A stretch of 64,000 bases of DNA, taken from positions 19,848 through 83,847 of the forward strand of contig JAZNXL010000014.1 of NCBI GenBank assembly GCA_045593905.1, in the 5' to 3' direction. Within the stretch, counting starts at the first letter, position 1, and every line of letters starts with the position of its first letter. Origin of the DNA: Eubacteriales bacterium. GTDB lineage: Bacteria > Bacillota > Clostridia > Oscillospirales > QAKW01. Below the pieces are notes generated by a model. That model had not been told where the DNA came from. It did not search any database and saw nothing but the letters and a program-made list of their open reading frames with translations. This document shows, piece by piece, positions 57,259 through 64,000 of this stretch. A program made the position numbers and the translations under genes.

Positions 57259-58245
57259 ATGATAAATTCACTTAAACAACTAACAAGCCTAAACGGTGTT
57301 TCGGGCAGTGAACGCCCCGTTACCGAATATATCAAATCACAAATAATGCCGTATGCCGATAAGGTGTATACCGACGTTATGGGCAACCTTGTTGCTATAA
57401 AACGCGGTCAAGGTAAACGTATTATGTTTATGGCACATACTGACGAAATCGGCATTGTTGCAACCTATGTTGACGACGACGGCTTTGTCCGCGTTTCAAG
57501 GGTAGGCGGTGTGACACCTGTTAAATTTTTAAACAACTACGTTACCTTTGAAAACGGTACACGCGGCGTATTTTGCGCACCGTCGGCAGAGGGCGAGCTC
57601 AAAATTGAAGACTGCTATATCGACATCGGCGCTACTGATAGACAAGACGCGCTTTCAAAAATCGACCTTGGTATGACCGCACGTTTTGATGGCGATACCT
57701 TTGAAATGGGAAACCTGGTTGTTTCAAAGGCACTCGATAACAGGCTCGGTTGCTATGCTTTAATCGAAACACTCAAAAATATAAAATCAACTAATAACGA
57801 GCTTTATTTTGTGTTTACAACACAAGAAGAGGTTGGTCTTCGCGGCGCAAAGGTTTGCGGCTTCGATATTAACCCCGACATTGCAATCGCGGTTGATATT
57901 GTAACATCAGCTGATACCCCCAACTGCAACCGCTACGGCACTGCGCTCGGCAAGGGCGCGGCTATAAAAACCCGCGACGGCTCGGCAATTTGCTCAAAAC
58001 CGATTGTTGATATGCTCATTAATACTGCCGAACAAAATGAAATCGCTTACCAAATAGATGCCAAAACGGCAGGCGGCACCGATATTGGCGGTATTCAGGC
58101 TACAGGCAGGGGCGCATACATCGGCGCGGTAACAATACCTATCCGCCGCACCCACACAATCGGCGAAACCGCTGCCAAAAGCGACATTACCGCCGCAATA
58201 GACCTGCTTACAGCGTTTGCACAAAAAGAGGTTGAAAACCTTTAA
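57259..58245 (+). CDS. M42 family metallopeptidase, copy 3
   Basis: Motifs MAHTDEIGIVATYV, KALDNRLGC, QEEVGLRGA and IRRTHT. Confidence 0.85.
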   Translation: MINSLKQLTSLNGVSGSERPVTEYIKSQIMPYADKVYTDVMGNLVAIKRGQGKRIMFMAHTDEIGIVATYVDDDGFVRVSRVGGVTPVKFLNNYVTFENGTRGVFCAPSAEGELKIEDCYIDIGATDRQDALSKIDLGMTARFDGDTFEMGNLVVSKALDNRLGCYALIETLKNIKSTNNELYFVFTTQEEVGLRGAKVCGFDINPDIAIAVDIVTSADTPNCNRYGTALGKGAAIKTRDGSAICSKPIVDMLINTAEQNEIAYQIDAKTAGGTDIGGIQATGRGAYIGAVTIPIRRTHTIGETAAKSDITAAIDLLTAFAQKEVENL

Positions 58246-58284
58246 TAATTATTATATAATTATATTTTACTAAACTAATAGGAT

Positions 58285-61200
58285 GTGAAGCATTTGATTT
58301 TAAAAAGTCTTGAAATGCAGGGCTTTAAGTCGTTCCCCGATAAAATAAAGGTTGAGTTCGGTAGCGGTATAACCGCAATCGTAGGACCTAACGGTTCGGG
58401 TAAAAGTAACGTATCCGACGCTATTCGTTGGGTTTTGGGTGAGCAATCAAACAAAACTCTTCGTAGCTCAAAAATGGAAGACGTTATCTTTACAGGTACA
58501 ACCCAGCGCCGTCCCCAAGGCTTTGCTGAGGTTAGCCTTACAATCGACAACAGCGACAGAGCTCTCAATATCGACTATAACGAAGTAACAATCACACGCC
58601 GTTATTACCGTAGCGGTGAAAGTGAGTACTATATAAACAAAACCCAAACACGCCTTCGTGATATTCACGAGCTGTTTATGGATACAGGCATAGGCCGTGA
58701 CGGTTATTCAATTATCGGTCAGGGTAAAATCGCCGAAATTCTTTCGCATAAGAGCGAAGACCGCCGTCAGATTATTGAAGAGGTTGCAGGTATTTCAAAA
58801 TACCGCTACCGCAAAAACGAGGCACAGCGCAAGCTCGATGCCACCGAAGACAACCTTGTTCGTTTAAACGACATTGTTGCCGAGCTCGAAGCGCGTCTTC
58901 CCTCGCTTGAATCTCAAAGCAACAAGGCTAAAAAATACCTTGTTATGTACGACGAGAAAAAATCACTCGAAATTTCAATATGGATGAACGAGATTTCGCG
59001 TATTCGTGACAGCGCCCGCGACCTTGAAGAAAAGTACAACATCGCAAAAGGCTCACTCGAAGACGTATCGGTCGAGATTGATAACTTTGAAAAAGAAATT
59101 AACTCAATCTTTGAAAAAAATCGCGATATAAATATCGAGATTGAAAGGGTACGCACCGAGCTTTCTGATTTTGACGAAAAAATCTCGCAAATCAATTCAG
59201 AGATTGCAGTGCTTCAAACAGGCATCCGTTTTGAAAACGAAAACATTTCAAAAATAGAAGACGAGCTTATGCAGTCGGCTCAAAAGGTCGAGGCTATCAA
59301 TGCCGAAATTGCCGATAAAAACGCAGTTATTGACCAAAAAACAACCGAGATTGCAAATTACGAAAAACAAAACGCCGACCTTTATTTAAAAATTGAGGCG
59401 GTTAATAAAAGCGGTGACGATGCAAGACGCGAAATTGACGAGGTCAGAAACGCAAAGCTTTCGCTTTCTGAACAAATCAACGCGCTCAATATCCAAAAAA
59501 TCTCGCATACCGCTGCTATCACATCTAAAACCTCGCGTATTGACGAAATCAATGCCGAGCTTTCAACACGTAAGCAGTCAGCCGACGAGATTATGGCAGA
59601 GATTGAAGCGCTTGATGCCGACCGCACTCAAAAACAAGAGCAACGCGACCGCGACAAAAACTCGGCGGCAGGCTATCAAAAAATGCTCGAGGTTAAACAA
59701 AAGCATTATGCCGATAAAAAGGCCGAGTTTGAAAAGCTTTCGGCTGAATGCCAGTCGCTTACACAAAACCTCAAAATACTTTCAGATATGCAAAAGCATC
59801 TCGAGGGCTTTGCAGGTAGCGTTAAGTTTGTACTCGAAAACAATTCAAGAGGTACACTCTTCGGTATTCACGGTACAATCTCACAGCTTATTCACGTTGA
59901 CAAACAATACATAACCGCTATTGAAACTGCGCTTGGCAACGCAATTCAGGACATTGTAACCGCCACTGCAAAAGACGCTAAAAACGCAATGCTCCTTTTA
60001 AAGAACAACCGCGCAGGCAGGGCTACGTTTTTACCAATTTCCGAGATTAAGCCAAAGCCTGCCGACATAAACGAAATTAAGGGCGACGGTGTTATCGGTC
60101 TTGCGCACACACTTGTTGATACTGTAAACGAAGATAGCAAAAAAGCGGTTACATTTTTGCTTGGCCGCACAATCGTTTGCAAAACTATTGACGATGCCGT
60201 TGCAATTTCGCGTAAAATTAACGCGAAATATAAAGTAGTAACACTCGACGGTCAGGTGGTAAACCCCGGCGGCTCAATGACAGGCGGTTCAACCGCAAAA
60301 TCAGCAGGTCTTTTATCTCGTTCACACGAGATTGAGCGCATTGAAAAATCGCTTAACGAAAAACAAGCCGAGCTTGAAAAACTCGAGCAAAGCTTTTTAA
60401 AATCAGAGCAAGAAAAAGACGAGCTTTTAGCACGACTTGAGGGCGTAAACGCCGCAATTCGCGTAAGCGAAGAAGAAATTGCGCGTCTTTTAGACCTCAC
60501 CGACAGTAAAAAGGTTGTATACGACTCGTATGCCGAGCTTGTACAAGGCCTTGAAAACGAGCTTGTGTCAATTAACGATGCAATCAAAACCGACAACGAC
60601 GCTATTGCAAAAATTGATGCTGAATGTAAATCTATAGAAAGCTCAATTTTACAAATAACACAAAAACTCGATTCACTGCTCGGCAAAAACGAAACCGACA
60701 GCAAAACAATTGAGGCTATAAGGGCTGATATTTCAAATAACGATATTAAAAAGCTTTCGCTCTTTAAAGATATCGAAACCGAAAAATCGCTTATTGCCCA
60801 GCTTACAACCCAGCTTTCAATGTATACTGCTGACGATGCTACCCGTCAGGGCGCAATCGACGCATCAAGACAAAACATTAAAACAGGTGAAGAGCAAATT
60901 TCGGCTCTTAAAAATAAAGCGACCGAGCTTGAAAACTCTAACCGCGACGGCAAAGAAAAAATCGAGCAGCTTATAAAACAGCGTGCTGACTCTGAAACCG
61001 AGCAAACCGCTTTTCGCTCAAAACAACGCGATAGCCTTGCTTCAAAAGAACGATTGTTGCAAGAGGTTACACGTCTTGAAAACAGGCTGGCAGGCATTAG
61101 CGGTGAAACCGACCGTATGGTCGAAAACCTGCTCGAGTACGAGCTCACCGTTACCGAGGCTGCAAAAATTGCCGAGCCGGTACAAGATATTTTTGCGGCA

Positions 61201-61857
61201 AAACGCAGAGTATCCGAGCTTAAAACCTCTATCCGTTCACTTGGCAGCATCAACGTTGACGCTATTGAAGAATATGCACAGGTTAAAGAACGCTACGACT
61301 TTTTAGACGGTCAGATGAACGACCTTAAAAAAGCCAAAGCTGACCTTGAAAAAATTATAAAAGAACTTTTGTGGCAAATGACCGAGATATTTACCGAAAA
61401 GTTCGAGCAACTCAACATTGAGTTTGGCAAAACCTTTAACGAGCTGTTTGGCGGCGGTAAAGCCGAGCTTATACTTGTTGACCCCGAGGACGTGCTCGGT
61501 TGCGGTATTGATATTCGCGTAGCACCTCCCGGAAAAATCATTAAAAACATCGTATCGCTCTCGGGCGGTGAACAGGCGTTTTCGGCTATTGCACTTTACT
61601 TTGCAATACTCAAAATACGCCCCACTCCGTTTGTTATGATGGACGAGATTGAAGCCGCTCTTGACGATGTAAACGTTAATAAGTTTGCATCAAAGCTCCG
61701 CGATTTTTGTGATAAAACACAGTTCATTGTTATTACTCACCGCCGCGGTACTATGGAAGAGGCAGATATACTTTACGGCGTAACAATGCAAGAACGCGGT
61801 ATTTCAAAACTGCTTACAATCAATGTTAACGAAATGGAAAGGCAGCTCAAACTGTAA
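58285..61857 (+). CDS. smc: chromosome segregation protein SMC
   Basis: Walker A GPNGSGKSN; long coiled coils; a hinge (GTISQLIHVDKQY...); C-terminal signature LSGGE and Walker B FVMMDEIEAALD. Confidence 0.96.
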   Translation: MKHLILKSLEMQGFKSFPDKIKVEFGSGITAIVGPNGSGKSNVSDAIRWVLGEQSNKTLRSSKMEDVIFTGTTQRRPQGFAEVSLTIDNSDRALNIDYNEVTITRRYYRSGESEYYINKTQTRLRDIHELFMDTGIGRDGYSIIGQGKIAEILSHKSEDRRQIIEEVAGISKYRYRKNEAQRKLDATEDNLVRLNDIVAELEARLPSLESQSNKAKKYLVMYDEKKSLEISIWMNEISRIRDSARDLEEKYNIAKGSLEDVSVEIDNFEKEINSIFEKNRDINIEIERVRTELSDFDEKISQINSEIAVLQTGIRFENENISKIEDELMQSAQKVEAINAEIADKNAVIDQKTTEIANYEKQNADLYLKIEAVNKSGDDARREIDEVRNAKLSLSEQINALNIQKISHTAAITSKTSRIDEINAELSTRKQSADEIMAEIEALDADRTQKQEQRDRDKNSAAGYQKMLEVKQKHYADKKAEFEKLSAECQSLTQNLKILSDMQKHLEGFAGSVKFVLENNSRGTLFGIHGTISQLIHVDKQYITAIETALGNAIQDIVTATAKDAKNAMLLLKNNRAGRATFLPISEIKPKPADINEIKGDGVIGLAHTLVDTVNEDSKKAVTFLLGRTIVCKTIDDAVAISRKINAKYKVVTLDGQVVNPGGSMTGGSTAKSAGLLSRSHEIERIEKSLNEKQAELEKLEQSFLKSEQEKDELLARLEGVNAAIRVSEEEIARLLDLTDSKKVVYDSYAELVQGLENELVSINDAIKTDNDAIAKIDAECKSIESSILQITQKLDSLLGKNETDSKTIEAIRADISNNDIKKLSLFKDIETEKSLIAQLTTQLSMYTADDATRQGAIDASRQNIKTGEEQISALKNKATELENSNRDGKEKIEQLIKQRADSETEQTAFRSKQRDSLASKERLLQEVTRLENRLAGISGETDRMVENLLEYELTVTEAAKIAEPVQDIFAAKRRVSELKTSIRSLGSINVDAIEEYAQVKERYDFLDGQMNDLKKAKADLEKIIKELLWQMTEIFTEKFEQLNIEFGKTFNELFGGGKAELILVDPEDVLGCGIDIRVAPPGKIIKNIVSLSGGEQAFSAIALYFAILKIRPTPFVMMDEIEAALDDVNVNKFASKLRDFCDKTQFIVITHRRGTMEEADILYGVTMQERGISKLLTINVNEMERQLKL

Positions 61858-62768
61858 TGGGATTTTTTGATAAAATAAAAAAAGGCCTTGAAAAAACCAA
61901 AAACGCGCTTGGCGGCACACTTGACAGTGTGCTGTCGGCGTTTGGTGTAATAAACGAAGATTTGTTTGAAGAACTCGAAGAAACGCTTATTATGGCAGAT
62001 ATGGGTGTTGAAACAACGCTTAGTGTTATCGAGTCTTTAAGACAAAATGCAAAACAAAAAAAGCTTACTGATGCGAGCGCCCTTAAAGACGAACTCAAAC
62101 TCGTTTTACAAGATATGCTCACACAAAAAGACAACAGCGTAAGGCTTAATACCAAGCCGTCGGTAATACTTTTAATTGGTGTTAACGGTGTTGGTAAAAC
62201 CACCACCGCCGCAAAGCTTGCCAACCTGTTTATCAGTCGCGGTAAAAAGGTTATATTCGGTGCTGCCGATACTTTCAGGGCGGCGGCAGGCGAACAGCTC
62301 GAAACCTGGGCAGGCAGAGTTGGTGCCGATATTATCCGCTCGGCACAGGGCGCTGACCCCGCGGCAGTTGTGTTCGACACAATTTCGGCTGCAAAAGCAC
62401 GCGGAGCCGATATTATAATTTGCGACACCGCAGGCAGACTTCATAACAAAGTTAACCTTATGAACGAGCTTGCAAAAATTTACAGAGTAATCGAAACCCA
62501 GATGGGCGACGCCGATATCGAGTCGCTTTTGGTACTCGATGCAACAACAGGCCAGAACGCACTCAATCAAGCGCGCGAGTTTGGAAAGGTTACAAAACTC
62601 ACAGGCGCCGTACTTACCAAGCTCGACGGCACAGCCAAGGGCGGTATGGCTCTTCCGCTTATGTGTGAGTGCGGTCTTCCGATAAAGTTTATCGGTGTAG
62701 GCGAACAAATGGACGATATGCAAGAGTTTAATGCAAACGATTTTGTAAACGCATTATTTGGAGAATAA
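61857..62768 (+). CDS. ftsY: signal recognition particle receptor FtsY
   Basis: SRP GTPase motifs GVNGVGKTTT, DTAGR and TKLDGTAKGG. The start overlaps the smc stop. Confidence 0.96.
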   Translation: MGFFDKIKKGLEKTKNALGGTLDSVLSAFGVINEDLFEELEETLIMADMGVETTLSVIESLRQNAKQKKLTDASALKDELKLVLQDMLTQKDNSVRLNTKPSVILLIGVNGVGKTTTAAKLANLFISRGKKVIFGAADTFRAAAGEQLETWAGRVGADIIRSAQGADPAAVVFDTISAAKARGADIIICDTAGRLHNKVNLMNELAKIYRVIETQMGDADIESLLVLDATTGQNALNQAREFGKVTKLTGAVLTKLDGTAKGGMALPLMCECGLPIKFIGVGEQMDDMQEFNANDFVNALFGE

Positions 62769-62769
62769 A

Positions 62770-64000
62770 ATGAGAAACGACGGACGACAAAACAATCAAA
62801 ACCGTAAAATTAAAGTATTAAAAGACTATACAATTCACGCCGAGGGCAGTGTTTTATACTGTCAGGGCAATACCAAGGTGCTTTGTAACGCAACAGTCGA
62901 GGACCGCGTTCCGCCCCACGTTTTAGGTACAGGTCGCGGTTGGGTTACTGCCGAGTATTCAATGCTCCCAAGGGCAACCTCTACCCGCAACTCGCGTGAT
63001 ATTTCAAAGCTTAAAATGTCACCGCGCTCAACCGAAATTCAGCGTCTTATAGGCAGGTCGCTTCGCGGCGCTGTTGACCTTGAAAAATTAGGCGAACGCA
63101 GTATTGTAATCGACTGCGACGTTATTCAGGCCGACGGCGGTACTCGCTGCGCATCAATAACAGGCGGCTTTATTGCTCTCGCACTTGCCGTTAAAAAGCT
63201 TATGGCTGACGGTGTTATTACTCAAAACCCCATAACCAAACAGGTTGCGGCGCTTTCGGTAGGCATTGTTGATGGCACACCTGTTGCCGACCTTTGCTAC
63301 GAGGAGGATTGCCGCGCCGAAACCGATATGAACGTTATTATGACATCAAACGGCGGTTTTGTTGAGGTACAGGGCACAGCCGAGGGCGATGAGTTATCAC
63401 GTGAACAACTCAACACTCTTTTAGACCTTGCATCAGACAGTATGAACGAGTTATTTATGCGCCAACGTCTTGCGCTTGACGATACACTTAAAAACACCTT
63501 TGTTATTGCAACCAATAACGCACACAAGGTAGAAGAATTTAATAAAATATTTGCAACACTTGGTCTTAAGGCTACAACACCAAAGGCACTTGGCTTTTAC
63601 TGTGACCCCGAAGAAAACGGCTCGACCTTTAAAGAAAACTCAATGATAAAGGCAAAGGCGGTTTACGATATGTGCGGACTCCCCACCGTTGCCGACGACA
63701 GCGGACTTTGTGTTGATGCTCTTGACGGTGCACCGGGTATATACTCTGCTCGTTACGGCGGCGATATTACCGACCCTGAGCGTGTAGACTTTTTGCTTAA
63801 AAACTTAAACGGCAAAGCCGATAAAAGCGCGCACTTTACCTGCGCCATCGCGTGTGTTATGTCCGATGACAACGCCTTTTGCGTAAGCGCTGATGTAAAC
63901 GGCAAAATTATTGACACTCCGGCAGGTGAGGGTGGCTTTGGTTACGACCCCGTGTTTGTACCCGACGGCTTTAACGAGACGTTTTCTGAGATGTCAGCCG
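62770..64000 (+). CDS. rph: fused ribonuclease PH / dITP-XTP pyrophosphatase (Rph-RdgB), 3' end outside the window
   Basis: Manual translation shows one open frame. Rph motifs (GWVTAEYSMLPRAT, DCDVIQADGGTR) run through the linker LALDDTLKNT into RdgB/Ham1 motifs (FVIATNNAHKVEEF, ADDSGLCVDALDGAPGIYSARY, FGYDPVF). No stop occurs before 64000. Confidence 0.9.
   Translation, partial: MRNDGRQNNQNRKIKVLKDYTIHAEGSVLYCQGNTKVLCNATVEDRVPPHVLGTGRGWVTAEYSMLPRATSTRNSRDISKLKMSPRSTEIQRLIGRSLRGAVDLEKLGERSIVIDCDVIQADGGTRCASITGGFIALALAVKKLMADGVITQNPITKQVAALSVGIVDGTPVADLCYEEDCRAETDMNVIMTSNGGFVEVQGTAEGDELSREQLNTLLDLASDSMNELFMRQRLALDDTLKNTFVIATNNAHKVEEFNKIFATLGLKATTPKALGFYCDPEENGSTFKENSMIKAKAVYDMCGLPTVADDSGLCVDALDGAPGIYSARYGGDITDPERVDFLLKNLNGKADKSAHFTCAIACVMSDDNAFCVSADVNGKIIDTPAGEGGFGYDPVFVPDGFNETFSEMSA

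Noticed and set aside
61847-62723. 193-aa and 183-aa minus-strand ORFs.
   Set aside because: They are antisense to ftsY, whose GTPase motifs are unambiguous. These are shadow ORFs.

Overview
Chromosomal window from an endospore-forming Firmicute that looks Clostridia-like. Evidence for this: spoIIR, a Spo0A_C paralog, SpoVD/SpoVE-type dcw genes, SLH-anchored surface proteins and a type-A RNase P RNA. GC is roughly mid-40s percent by eye and was not computed.

Gene order:
- tail of an amino-acid ABC transporter (permease end plus ATPase);
- a ~9.8 kb compact, single-strand, phage-derived cluster: mini-TerS, TerL, portal, fibre-like protein, holin, M23-SLH lysin, scaffold, major capsid and three unknowns. 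It has no recognisable integrase, repressor, replication, tape-measure, tail-tube or sheath genes;
- pdxK plus an ECF S-component;
- a minus-strand operon of ACT (UPF0237), UPF0210 and a Spo0A_C protein with a degenerate receiver;
- Lrp-type regulator, aminotransferase and ispE, then spoIIR;
- a 1129-aa surface protein with three SLH domains;
- the complete S10-spc-alpha ribosomal superoperon, including secY, adk, map, infA, rpmJ (missed by the ORF track) and rpoA;
- a WYL regulator translationally coupled to a class B sortase;
- a dcw cluster from mraZ to ftsZ, with no ftsA in the cluster and murD displaced;
- a polysaccharide deacetylase lipoprotein, rnpB on the minus strand, and murD;
- three tandem M42 peptidases, smc, ftsY, and an rph-rdgB fusion that runs off the window.

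The best candidate for something new is the intact phage-derived head, packaging and lysis cluster, which could be a domesticated GTA-like particle system. Secondary candidates are the ACT/UPF0210/pseudo-receiver Spo0A_C operon, the WYL-sortase B pair and a long structured S10 leader.

All functional calls rest on reading the translated motifs by eye. No database search was run.
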